Positions 39,657 to 48,900 of a stretch of DNA of 64,000 nucleotides are shown here, in pieces (the first letter of the stretch is position 1; each line of letters starts with the position of its first letter). The stretch spans positions 1,478 through 65,477 of the forward strand of contig CAZRHR010000003.1 in the NCBI GenBank assembly GCA_964599915.1, in the 5' to 3' direction. Source of the stretch: an uncultured Candidatus Competibacteraceae bacterium. Its GTDB lineage: Bacteria > Bacteroidota > Bacteroidia > CAIKAF01. The position numbers were made by a program, and so were the translations under genes. The notes under the pieces were generated by a model. That model was given only the letters and a program-made list of their open reading frames with translations. It made no database searches and was not told the DNA's origin.

Positions 39657-41265
39657 GGATAAGAAGAAAAACTCGAATGGCGTAGGAGGTCTTTCCCGGG
39701 GTTTCCGGAACAAAGACTTGTTCAGTTAATGGTTTGAAACCGTTGGCGCGAATTTCTACCTCGTACGTAAGGTTTCCGGGGAGCGTGGATAAGAAGTTCC
39801 CGGATTCGCCGGATTCTACCTCTTGGACTACTTTTCCTGTAGTATCCTTTACCACGAGGGTTACACTCAAAGGTTCGGCGGTGGCTTGCGCCATCACTTT
39901 TCCTTTAAAAACAGATACAGTAGGGGTGGAGGCCTCTTGGTTGGTTCCAGCCACATCGGGATAAATGTAATCCCCAAGATCTACTTCAAAAATATCGAAG
40001 GAATAATCCATGGATTCAGGTCTGCGACTGGTCACGTATCCTGTATTTCCTTCTGTATTAACGTAAAAATAGGATTCATCGCCCACAGAATTAATGGGAT
40101 AACCCATATTCACAGGCTTGGTCCATGCACCATTCACTAACCGTGAAAAATAAATGTCATATCCACCCATTCCACCGGGGCGATTGGAACTGAAATACAG
40201 CGTTTTACCATCCGGATGTAAGTAGGCAGAATTTTCATCAAAAGGTGAATTCACAATGGCGCCTAATGGTCTAGCCTCCTCAAATCCGAATTTTCCTTTC
40301 CGGGTGGCAGTCCATAAATCACCCTGTCCTAAAGTGCCTTTCACCGGCTTTTCACTAATGTAAATCACCGATTTCCCATCTGCGGCAAGACTTAAGGACG
40401 ATTCAAAATATGAGGAGTTTAAATCTCCATCCAAGGGAACAGGCGTGCGGAAAACACCATTCTTTTTTGCTCTGGAGTAGTAGATGTCGCCGCCACCGGT
40501 TTTACTGGAAAACAGAAAAATGATGTTTCCGTCAGGAGAAACAGAAAGTGCAGCGTCATGGCCGGTGGTATTAATTTCTCCGGGCAAGGGAAATGGTTCT
40601 TCCCACACGCCGGTAGCAGAATCTTTGGCCATCCACCAAATGTCTTGAAAGGCAATGCCCAAATGAGGATCCGTGCCCGAACCTTTATTTTCTGGCCGGG
40701 CGGTAGTAAACACCATCACTTGGCCGTCCGCGCTGAGGCAAGCGGTATTTTCCATGTGTTCCGTGTTGATGCTGGTCATTGGCGTCAAACGGGCCCTGGT
40801 GGGTTGCTCCATTTGTAAACGAGCGGTTTCCACCTCTCGCAAATACTGGTTGACCTCATGGTTTTGGAGCGCTTTACCTTTTAGCCGACTTTTGAATTTC
40901 TGATACCATTGGCTGGCTTGTGGTAACATTCCATTGCGATGGTATGCCATGCCCAGAAGCAGTGGAAGGTCAGCATGGGCGGTAGAATCTTGTTTCCAGG
41001 CTTCTTCTAGCAAAGGTAAAACTTCTGTGTAACGATGAAGTGAAAGACCTGCGCGAGCTTGTAAAACCTTCAATTGGGCTTGTCCCGGATTATCCCGGAC
41101 CAACCCCATGTATTGGACGTAGGCTTCAGGATAATACTCAAGTCGATAATTATCGTTGGCGGTAGAAAGCCTGAGTCGATCCGCAGGACTTAGGCCTTTT
41201 TGTGCGTTGGCAATGAGGCATAAGGCACTGAAGGTTAATGTTATGATTCGATTTATTTGAGTCAT
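39649..41265 (-). CDS. Secreted TPR plus PD40 (TolB-like beta-propeller) repeat protein
   Basis: Signal peptide, N-terminal TPR-like helices, repeated PD40-like segments (SxDGxxxxFxS). Confidence 0.6.
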   Translation of the reverse strand: MTQINRIITLTFSALCLIANAQKGLSPADRLRLSTANDNYRLEYYPEAYVQYMGLVRDNPGQAQLKVLQARAGLSLHRYTEVLPLLEEAWKQDSTAHADLPLLLGMAYHRNGMLPQASQWYQKFKSRLKGKALQNHEVNQYLREVETARLQMEQPTRARLTPMTSINTEHMENTACLSADGQVMVFTTARPENKGSGTDPHLGIAFQDIWWMAKDSATGVWEEPFPLPGEINTTGHDAALSVSPDGNIIFLFSSKTGGGDIYYSRAKKNGVFRTPVPLDGDLNSSYFESSLSLAADGKSVIYISEKPVKGTLGQGDLWTATRKGKFGFEEARPLGAIVNSPFDENSAYLHPDGKTLYFSSNRPGGMGGYDIYFSRLVNGAWTKPVNMGYPINSVGDESYFYVNTEGNTGYVTSRRPESMDYSFDIFEVDLGDYIYPDVAGTNQEASTPTVSVFKGKVMAQATAEPLSVTLVVKDTTGKVVQEVESGESGNFLSTLPGNLTYEVEIRANGFKPLTEQVFVPETPGKTSYAIRVFLLIHE

Positions 41266-41268
41266 AAG

Positions 41269-42156
41269 TTAAGGATAAATAGTATGGGCGTACGCCTCAA
41301 ATGTATTCCAAAGTAATCCAACCCTAGTCATGGGGCCGACGCCACCGGGGACAGGGGTTAAAAAAGATGCTTTTTCAGCCACTTCATCCGCTACCACATC
41401 ACCCACAAGCCTCCAACCGCGAGGCGAGGATGGATCTTCAATTCTGGTGGTACCAACATCTACTACCACTGCGCCTTCTTTCACCATGGTGGCATTGACC
41501 ATGCCAGGGCGGCCTGTGGCTACAATAAGTATATCTGCCTGAACCGCTAGGTCGGCTAAATTTTTAGTACGGCTATGGGCCATGGTTACCGTTGCATTTC
41601 CATGGGCAGAAGCGCGAGATAAAAGAATAGAAAGTGGCGTTCCAACGATATGACTTCTACCAATAACCACGCAATGCTTACCATCCAAAGTGATTTGATA
41701 GGCTTGTAAAAGTTTTGAAACGCCCCAAGGTGTAGCCGCCACAAAACAAGGTAAGCCTGCCATGAGCCGGCCAGCATTCTCGGGATGAAATCCATCTACA
41801 TCCTTGGAGGGATGTATGGCCAGTAAAATGGAAGCTTCTTCTATGTGAGCGGGTAAGGGAAGCTGGACAATAAATCCATCGACATCTGGCCGTTGATTTA
41901 GGTCGTGAATGACAGAAAGAAGTTCCTCTTGGGAAATGGAGGCCGGAAAGCGAAGTAGGGTAGAGGTGTAACCAATTTCCTGACAGTCTTTTACTTTGAA
42001 CTGCACATAACTTTCACTGGCGCCATTATCTCCAACAAGGACCGCCACCAGATGAGGCGCCCTTTGACCCTGTGCCAACCGCATGCGCACCCTTTCCGCC
42101 AATTCCGATTTGACTTGCTGGGCAATTTTTAGTCCATCTAAACGCTGTGCGGCCAT
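41269..42156 (-). CDS. folD: Bifunctional methylenetetrahydrofolate dehydrogenase / methenyl-THF cyclohydrolase
   Basis: LDGLKIAQQVKSEL...VGDNGASESYVQFKVK...PLPAHI...GRSHIVGTPL. Confidence 0.9.
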   Translation of the reverse strand: MAAQRLDGLKIAQQVKSELAERVRMRLAQGQRAPHLVAVLVGDNGASESYVQFKVKDCQEIGYTSTLLRFPASISQEELLSVIHDLNQRPDVDGFIVQLPLPAHIEEASILLAIHPSKDVDGFHPENAGRLMAGLPCFVAATPWGVSKLLQAYQITLDGKHCVVIGRSHIVGTPLSILLSRASAHGNATVTMAHSRTKNLADLAVQADILIVATGRPGMVNATMVKEGAVVVDVGTTRIEDPSSPRGWRLVGDVVADEVAEKASFLTPVPGGVGPMTRVGLLWNTFEAYAHTIYP

Positions 42157-42168
42157 GAAAAATAGGTG

Positions 42169-43509
42169 TTATCTATTGAAACCTGATTTTGGCATTTGCT
42201 TCATCATGCGTGCCATTTGTTCTTTATTTCCCATCATTTTCATCATTTTACGCATGTCATCGAACTGCTTAAGCAATTTATTGACTTCTTGAACAGAGGT
42301 GCCACTGCCCATGGCAATGCGTTGTCTTCTGGAGCCATTGATCACATGCGGCTGTTTTCTTTCATGTGGTGTCATGGATAAAATGATGGCTTCAAGACCT
42401 TTAAATGCGTTGTCATCAATGTCAAGGTCTTTAACAGCTTTTCCGACGCCTGGAATCATACCCATCAAATCTTTGATGTTGCCCATTTTTTTGATTTGAC
42501 GGATTTGGGCCAGAAAATCATCAAAGTCGAATTGATTTTTCTCAATTTTTTTTCGCAGTTTTTCGGCTTCGGCTTCATCGAACTGCTCTTGTGCCTTTTC
42601 CACAAGAGAAACAATATCTCCCATGCCAAGAACCCGGTCGGCCATTCTTGAAGGATAGAACAGGTCGAGGGCATCCATTTTTTCGCCCGTACCCACAAAC
42701 TTAATGGGTTTTTGGACCACAGACCGAATGGAAAGTGCGGCTCCACCGCGGGTGTCACCATCTAATTTGGTGAGGACTACCCCGTCGAAGTTTAAGCGGT
42801 CATTGAATGCTTTGGCCGTATTGACCGCATCCTGACCGGTCATGGCATCTACCACGAAGAGAATTTCATCAGGCTGAAGGGCTTGCTTTAAGCGGGCAAT
42901 TTCCTCCATCATGGCTTCGTCCACGGCCAATCGGCCGGCCGTATCCACAATCACCGTTTGAATGTTTTTCGCTCGGGCTTCTGCTACGGCCCTGCGTGCA
43001 ATGTCCACAGGGTCTTTTGCATTTTTGTCAGAAAATACCGGAAGCCCAAGCTGTTCTCCAAGGACATGGAGCTGGTCTATCGCTGCCGGACGATATACAT
43101 CACAGGCAACAAGTAAAACAGAACGTTGCTTTTTACTGGTAATGTATTTTCCCAGTTTCCCTGTAAAGGTCGTTTTCCCAGAACCCTGCAATCCGGCCAT
43201 AAGCACTACGGCCGGCTGACTTTTAAGATTTAAATCTGTTTTTTCACCCCCCATGAGCGCAGTTAATTCCTCATGGACGATTTTTACCATTAGTTGACCG
43301 GGAGAAACGCTGGTCAAGACTTCCCTTCCAAGCGCTTTTTGTCTTACCGTATCGGTAAAATCTTTGGCAATTTTATAGTTCACGTCGGCATCCAAAAGGG
43401 CACGACGCACCTCTTTCATGGACTCCGCCACGTTTAACTCGGTAATCTTATGCTGCCCTTTTAGGAGCTTAAAAGCTTTGTCAAACTTCTCCGATAAATT
43501 TTCAAACAT
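42169..43509 (-). CDS. ffh: Signal recognition particle protein Ffh
   Basis: N domain, GTPase ([15 protein letters not shown]; DTAGR) and Met-rich M domain ([18 protein letters not shown]). Start placed at MFENLSEKF. Confidence 0.9.
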   Translation of the reverse strand: MFENLSEKFDKAFKLLKGQHKITELNVAESMKEVRRALLDADVNYKIAKDFTDTVRQKALGREVLTSVSPGQLMVKIVHEELTALMGGEKTDLNLKSQPAVVLMAGLQGSGKTTFTGKLGKYITSKKQRSVLLVACDVYRPAAIDQLHVLGEQLGLPVFSDKNAKDPVDIARRAVAEARAKNIQTVIVDTAGRLAVDEAMMEEIARLKQALQPDEILFVVDAMTGQDAVNTAKAFNDRLNFDGVVLTKLDGDTRGGAALSIRSVVQKPIKFVGTGEKMDALDLFYPSRMADRVLGMGDIVSLVEKAQEQFDEAEAEKLRKKIEKNQFDFDDFLAQIRQIKKMGNIKDLMGMIPGVGKAVKDLDIDDNAFKGLEAIILSMTPHERKQPHVINGSRRQRIAMGSGTSVQEVNKLLKQFDDMRKMMKMMGNKEQMARMMKQMPKSGFNR

Positions 43510-43628
43510 GGGTAAATAGCTTTCTACGCACAAAGATAGCCCAATAAATGGCATTCCATACGCCTTTTTCGCCCTGTTCCTTGCGCTTTTTTTTACATTT
43601 GTTTGTCAATATCTTAAAGACTGTAACT

Positions 43629-44777
43629 ATGCGCCTCAGGCTTGCCTTATTTCTTACGTTTTGCCTTTCCTCCAGCTTAAAGGCCCAAGAGCATTCGACC
43701 AATCACCCCAATTCCACATTGAGATTTACGGTGATTAAAGACAATGCGGCTACCCCTGTTAAAAACCAAAACCGAAGCTCGACCTGTTGGAGTTTTTCTA
43801 CCCTTTCATTTTTTGAATCCGAATTGATTCGAATCAAAAAACCTCAGGTAGAACTTGCAGAGATGTATGTAGTTAGGATGGTTTACCTGATGAAAGCATT
43901 AAAGTATGTGCGTATGCATGGCACCATAGGTTTTGCACCCGGCGGCGCCTTTCACGACCCCCTTACAGTGTTGGCCACCTATGGTTTGATGCCCAGACAG
44001 GCCTATCCTGGCAACGAATATGGCACCACAGATGTGCAGCATGGGGAATTAGATGAATTACTTTTGTCCTATGTTCAGGCAGTAATTCGCAACAAAAATG
44101 GCCAACTATCCACCGCCTGGCAGGCCGGACTTGAGGGAATTTTAGATGCCTATCTGGGAAAAGTTCCTGCTCAATTTGAGTTTCAAGGAAAAACATATAC
44201 ACCACGCAGTTTTGCAGATTTTCTTGGCTTAAAACCACAAGATTATATAGATCTCACCTCCTTTTCTCATCACCCCTTTTACACCCAGTTTGCCATTGAA
44301 GTTCCGGACAACTGGAGCTGGGATAAAGCCTATAATTTACCCTTGAATGAGTGGATGGAAACCCTAGACTACGCTTTAATGAATGGTTTTACAGCCGCTT
44401 GGGGTGCAGACGTTTCTGGTAAAGGTTTCTCGCACAAGTTTGGCCTTGCATTAGAGCCCGTTCAATATCCGGCGGCAGATAAAGCCGAAGTTTATTTTAT
44501 GGAACCACAAGAAGAGAAACAAGTAACCCAAGCCCTGCGACAAGCTGACTTTGACAACTACTTGACCACCGACGACCATGGTATGCATATTACAGGCATG
44601 GTAAAAGACCAGCACGGAAAAAAATACTATATCGTCAAAAACTCTTGGGGTCATACCTCTAATGGTTGTGGCGGATATTTTTATGCCTCAGAAGCGTATG
44701 TTCAAATGCGTACCTTAAATTTCATGATACATCGGGATGGCATTCCGGCACATATCCGTAAGAAGCTAGGCATTTGA
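43629..44777 (+). CDS. pepC: C1-family cysteine peptidase, aminopeptidase C (bleomycin hydrolase)-like
   Basis: Catalytic Cys region NQNRSSTCWSFSTLSFFESE. Start placed at MRLRLALFLTF (signal-like). Confidence 0.75.
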   Translation: MRLRLALFLTFCLSSSLKAQEHSTNHPNSTLRFTVIKDNAATPVKNQNRSSTCWSFSTLSFFESELIRIKKPQVELAEMYVVRMVYLMKALKYVRMHGTIGFAPGGAFHDPLTVLATYGLMPRQAYPGNEYGTTDVQHGELDELLLSYVQAVIRNKNGQLSTAWQAGLEGILDAYLGKVPAQFEFQGKTYTPRSFADFLGLKPQDYIDLTSFSHHPFYTQFAIEVPDNWSWDKAYNLPLNEWMETLDYALMNGFTAAWGADVSGKGFSHKFGLALEPVQYPAADKAEVYFMEPQEEKQVTQALRQADFDNYLTTDDHGMHITGMVKDQHGKKYYIVKNSWGHTSNGCGGYFYASEAYVQMRTLNFMIHRDGIPAHIRKKLGI

Positions 44778-44870
44778 TGATGAAAAAAAATTAACCTGCC
44801 TCCTTTGTCCTCACTAGGTTTAAGTTTTTGACTTAAGGTTTCTTCGCTTATGGTGAGACGCCAGGTCGAG

Positions 44871-44945
44871 GACACTAACCCATGACGGAGACACCTAACC
44901 CATGACGGGGACACTTAACCCATGACGGGGACACTTAACCCATGA
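44871..44945. repeat. Tandem array of 3.75 copies of a 19-20 nt direct repeat (ACACYTAACCCATGACGGRG)
   Basis: Read directly: GACACTAACCCATGACGGAG / ACACCTAACCCATGACGGGG / ACACTTAACCCATGACGGGG / ACACTTAACCCATGA. The last copy runs into the palindrome AACCCATGATTTAAATCATGGGTT. Confidence 0.85.
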
Positions 44946-45765
44946 TTTAAATCATGGGTTAGGAAACCTTCCGCTTTAGGTTACGTAAAACCCCCTGCCT
45001 GTTCTGTTAAATGGATGGTATGAGAAGGAATCCTCCATGCCAAACCATCGGATAATGAAACTTTACTTTTAGGTCTAATCCCAAAAGTAGGGCGTGTTGG
45101 TTCGTAATTTATCCAAAACAGCGATATGTCACATTCATTGAACAGGTTGTGGGTCCACATCGTGTGGTGCACCAAATTTAGAAAACCCTTTATTCACCCC
45201 TCCATTGAAAAAAAAGTCCATCGGTTTATGGAAGAACAATGCCGCGCCCAGGGGTGTATTGTGAGGATTGTAAACGGCATGCCAGACCATGTTCACTTTT
45301 TGATTTTATTGAATCCTCAAAAATCAATCGCCGAAGTGGTGAAGCAAATTAAAGGAAGTTCGTCTCATTTTATTAATTCGAACAAATTAACTGAAGAGAA
45401 ATTTTCCTGGTCTACGGGATACGCGGCTTTTGGTGTCAATTATACCGGCGTAGACATTGTGCACCGGTATATTGCGAATCAAAAGGAACACCATACAAAG
45501 GGTAGTATAGACCAAGGTCAGGAATTCGAAATTACGGGTTGAATTCCTTTTTAAGCATATCCTATCAACTTAGAGTTTAGGAAGGTATGAAACGATTTTT
45601 CTTAGCACCGCTAGGAAAGCAAGGTAAATGGAAGGTTCGTGTTTGTTGGCGGAATCTAAAATGTCGTGGTAGAAGAAATGTTTTCGCCTAAAATCCTCAT
45701 CCATTTCTGTGTTAAGTCTAAATCAAAAACAAAAAGCCCATGAAAATCATGGGCTTTTATGATAT
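44930..45765 (+). mobile_element. IS200/IS605-family insertion sequence (tnpA only) with similar subterminal hairpins at both ends
   Basis: Left hairpin AACCCATGA-TTTAAA-TCATGGGTT at 44936-44959. Right hairpin AGCCCATGA-AAA-TCATGGGCT at about 45738-45758. The tnpA ORF lies between them. Boundaries are approximate. Confidence 0.5.
45126..45542 (+). CDS. tnpA: IS200/IS605 family transposase TnpA (HUH Y1 transposase)
   Basis: 138 aa with the HUH motif (PDHVHFLI) and catalytic Tyr region (STGYAAF). Typical size. Confidence 0.85.
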   Translation: MSHSLNRLWVHIVWCTKFRKPFIHPSIEKKVHRFMEEQCRAQGCIVRIVNGMPDHVHFLILLNPQKSIAEVVKQIKGSSSHFINSNKLTEEKFSWSTGYAAFGVNYTGVDIVHRYIANQKEHHTKGSIDQGQEFEITG

Positions 45766-45788
45766 CTAAGGATATAAAAAGGTAAAGG

Positions 45789-46001
45789 TTAGTCGCCTGA
45801 AGTTTGGGTGCAATTGTACCCTTCACGGATGCGATTTACCTGCCATTCCAAACGCTCATTGGCATCTGTGGAGCATAAAGATACGTCTTGGCCACCGCCA
45901 ATTGGCGTACAAGACAAACATACTTCTTTTTCACAACCGGTAAGGGTGGTACCCATGAGGGCCATTGCACCGGCAACTAAAATCAGTTTTGCTTTTTTCA
46001 T
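45789..46001 (-). CDS. Small Cys-rich lipoprotein (about 70 aa), hypothetical
   Basis: Lipoprotein signal MKKAKLILVAGAMALMGTTLTGC followed by a 5-Cys mature peptide. Immediately downstream of clpC. Confidence 0.4.
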   Translation of the reverse strand: MKKAKLILVAGAMALMGTTLTGCEKEVCLSCTPIGGGQDVSLCSTDANERLEWQVNRIREGYNCTQTSGD

Positions 46002-46011
46002 GGGTGTGAAT

Positions 46012-48552
46012 TTACGCATTTGTATCATTTCCCGCACCTTCATTTTCAGATTTCTTCTTTTTAGGCTTGGTAATTTTGATTTTGATTTCTCCCTCATGCA
46101 AACTTACCAGGATGCTATCTCCCTCTATAAGCTTTGCATTGATGATTTCTTCTGCCAAAGGATCTTCAATATACTTTTGGATGGCTCTTTTCAAAGGACG
46201 CGCACCAAAATTCGGGTCAAAACCTTTGTCAGCAATGTAAGTTCTGGCCTCTTCATTCACTTTTAGAATGTATCCATTCTTTTCTACGCGGCGAATCAAT
46301 TGACTCAATTCCACATCGATAATCTGGTGAATATCTTCTTGTGAAAGGTTGTTGAAAAGAATGACATCATCGATACGGTTCAAAAATTCTGGAGCAAATG
46401 CGCGTTTCAAGGCATTTTGAATCACAGATTTTGAATAATCATCCGCTTGCTTGGATTTTGCACCTGTTTTGAAACCAACGCCTTGGCCAAACTCTTTCAA
46501 ATCTCGACTACCAATGTTGGAGGTCATAATGATCACCGTATTCTTGAAGTCGATGCGACGACCTAAGCTATCGGTCAAAATACCATCGTCTAGAGCTTGG
46601 AGCAAAAGGTTGAATACATCCGGATGTGCTTTTTCAATTTCATCTAAAAGCACCACGGAGTAGGGCTTGCGTCTTACTTTTTCTGTCAATTGTCCACCTT
46701 CTTCATACCCAACGTAGCCGGGAGGCGCGCCAATTAAACGAGAAACAGCAAATTTTTCCATGTATTCACTCATGTCGATGCGAATGAGGCTGTCCTCACT
46801 GTCGAACATGGTTTTTGCAAGTACTTTGGCCAATTGTGTTTTACCCACACCTGTTGGACCAAGAAAGATGAATGACCCAATGGGTTTATTGGGATCTTTT
46901 AATCCGGCACGGTTTCTTTGAATGGCTTTTACCACTTTTTTAACGGCTTCATCTTGTCCAATGACCAAACCACGCATGGCATCATACATTTTGGACAATT
47001 TGGAGCTTTCGTTTTGGGCAACTTTTTGAACTGGTATTCCCGTCATCATGGAAACCACTTCTGCCACATTGTCTTCCGAAACCGTTTCACGATGGGCGCG
47101 TGTCTCTTCTTCCCACTTCTTTTTCACCTGTTCCAACTTCTCGTTCAGGTTCTTTTCGGTGTCTCTTAGTTGCGCGGCCTGTTCATATTTTTGGTTTCTT
47201 ACCACCCTGCCTTTTTCCTCGCGAACTTCTTCAATCTGTTTTTCGATGTCCTCGATTTCTTTGGGCACTTTAATATTGGTGATGTGCACACGGGCACCTG
47301 CTTCGTCTAAGGCATCGATGGCTTTGTCCGGAAGAAAGCGGTCCGTAATGTATCTGCTCGTGAGGCTTACACATGCCCGAATGGCCTCATCTGTATAATT
47401 TACGTTGTGGTGATCCTCATACTTCTCTTTAATGTTATTGAGAATCTGATAGGTTTCTTCCTCACTGGTGGGTTCTACCATCACTTTTTGAAAGCGGCGG
47501 TCAAGAGCACCATCTTTTTCAATGTACTGCCGATACTCATCCAAGGTAGTCGCACCAATACATTGAATTTCTCCACGAGCCAAGGCTGGCTTAAACATGT
47601 TTGAAGCGTCTAAAGAACCGCTCGCTCCGCCAGCACCGATAATGGTATGAATTTCATCGATGAAAAGGATAATCTCAGGGGACTTTTCCAACTCGTTCAT
47701 CAGGGCTTTCATTCGCTCCTCAAATTGACCACGATACTTGGTTCCGGCCACCAAAGAGGCTAAATCCAAGGAAACAATTCGTTTCCCAAACAAAACCCTA
47801 CTCACTTTTTTCTGAGCAATTCTTAAAGCCAAACCTTCTGCAATGGCAGATTTTCCGACACCGGGCTCTCCAATCAAGATAGGATTGTTCTTTTTGCGGC
47901 GGCTTAAAATCTGACTTACACGTTCAATTTCCTTATCTCTTCCAATGATGGGATCTAGTTTTCCATCTTCGGCCATTTTACTTAAATCCCGACCGAAATT
48001 GTCCAATACAGGAGTTTTGGATTTAGAATCGGCTGGCTTCTTGCTGCTATAAGATGGACCTTCATCTGCGTCATCATCATTACTTCCTCCGGGATATTCC
48101 GAACGTGGACCATCGTTACTGGTCATGTATTCAATTTCTTCTTTCACTACCGCGTAATCTATGTTTTTATTTTTCAAAATGCGTGTCACTAGGGCATCCT
48201 CATCTTTGAGCATAGCCAACAATAAATGTTCTGTCCCGATGATGGGCGAACTAAAGGTTTTGGCCTCCAAGTAAGTAATTTTCAACGCCTTTTCCGCTTG
48301 TTTAACCAAAGGAATATTAGACATGTTTACTGCATTTTTGGCCATGGGACGAACGCTATTTTCGATGTCGCGGCGAAGTTCATCTAAATGAACGCCCAAT
48401 GAGGTAAGGATTTTTACACCCATACCTTCACCTTCCCGAATCATCCCCAACATGAGGTGTTCAGTCCCAATATAATCTTGCCCCAATCGAAGGGCCTCTT
48501 CCCGGCTGAAGGATATCACATCCTTGACTCGGGGGGAAAATCTTGCATCCAT
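46012..48552 (-). CDS. clpC: Clp/Hsp100 family AAA+ chaperone, ClpC-type (two Clp_N repeats, two AAA modules, short UVR-like linker)
   Basis: Walker A1 GEPGVGKSAIAEGLA and Walker A2 GPTGVGKTQLAKVLAK lie about 330 aa apart. The short middle region contains QKYEQAAQLRD. This fits ClpC better than ClpB. Confidence 0.8.
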   Translation of the reverse strand: MDARFSPRVKDVISFSREEALRLGQDYIGTEHLMLGMIREGEGMGVKILTSLGVHLDELRRDIENSVRPMAKNAVNMSNIPLVKQAEKALKITYLEAKTFSSPIIGTEHLLLAMLKDEDALVTRILKNKNIDYAVVKEEIEYMTSNDGPRSEYPGGSNDDDADEGPSYSSKKPADSKSKTPVLDNFGRDLSKMAEDGKLDPIIGRDKEIERVSQILSRRKKNNPILIGEPGVGKSAIAEGLALRIAQKKVSRVLFGKRIVSLDLASLVAGTKYRGQFEERMKALMNELEKSPEIILFIDEIHTIIGAGGASGSLDASNMFKPALARGEIQCIGATTLDEYRQYIEKDGALDRRFQKVMVEPTSEEETYQILNNIKEKYEDHHNVNYTDEAIRACVSLTSRYITDRFLPDKAIDALDEAGARVHITNIKVPKEIEDIEKQIEEVREEKGRVVRNQKYEQAAQLRDTEKNLNEKLEQVKKKWEEETRAHRETVSEDNVAEVVSMMTGIPVQKVAQNESSKLSKMYDAMRGLVIGQDEAVKKVVKAIQRNRAGLKDPNKPIGSFIFLGPTGVGKTQLAKVLAKTMFDSEDSLIRIDMSEYMEKFAVSRLIGAPPGYVGYEEGGQLTEKVRRKPYSVVLLDEIEKAHPDVFNLLLQALDDGILTDSLGRRIDFKNTVIIMTSNIGSRDLKEFGQGVGFKTGAKSKQADDYSKSVIQNALKRAFAPEFLNRIDDVILFNNLSQEDIHQIIDVELSQLIRRVEKNGYILKVNEEARTYIADKGFDPNFGARPLKRAIQKYIEDPLAEEIINAKLIEGDSILVSLHEGEIKIKITKPKKKKSENEGAGNDTNA

Positions 48553-48900
48553 AAACGGATTGAATATGCAGTATAGTTAGTAACTAAACGTAAAAGAACA
48601 GAATTCGTTCACAACTAAGCCCAAATCTACAATCCTATTGTCTAAAACCTAGGGTGTTTCTTCGGTTTTTTCTTTAAAATGTTAGAAATGGGGGTGAACA
48701 TCTTCATTTACGGTGCAAATTGCAAAACCTGTGCAAGAATTCAAAATCAGCCAATCTGTCATTGTTGAAAATTTTTCCGACAAATTATGGCACTTGTCAT
48801 ACATTACCGTATGAAAAATGGCATAGAAATGACTATTTTCGCACACCCTTGAAGTTTTGGGTGATAAACGTACCTCAAACGACTGGAAAATTAAGTACAC

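Noticed and set aside
44871-44945. Possible CRISPR array
   Set aside because: The repeats are directly contiguous with no spacers. The unit is 20 nt and derived from the IS hairpin arm. No cas genes are present.
46918-47604. Several plus-strand ORFs antisense to clpC
   Set aside because: Embedded in a highly conserved AAA+ gene on the opposite strand.
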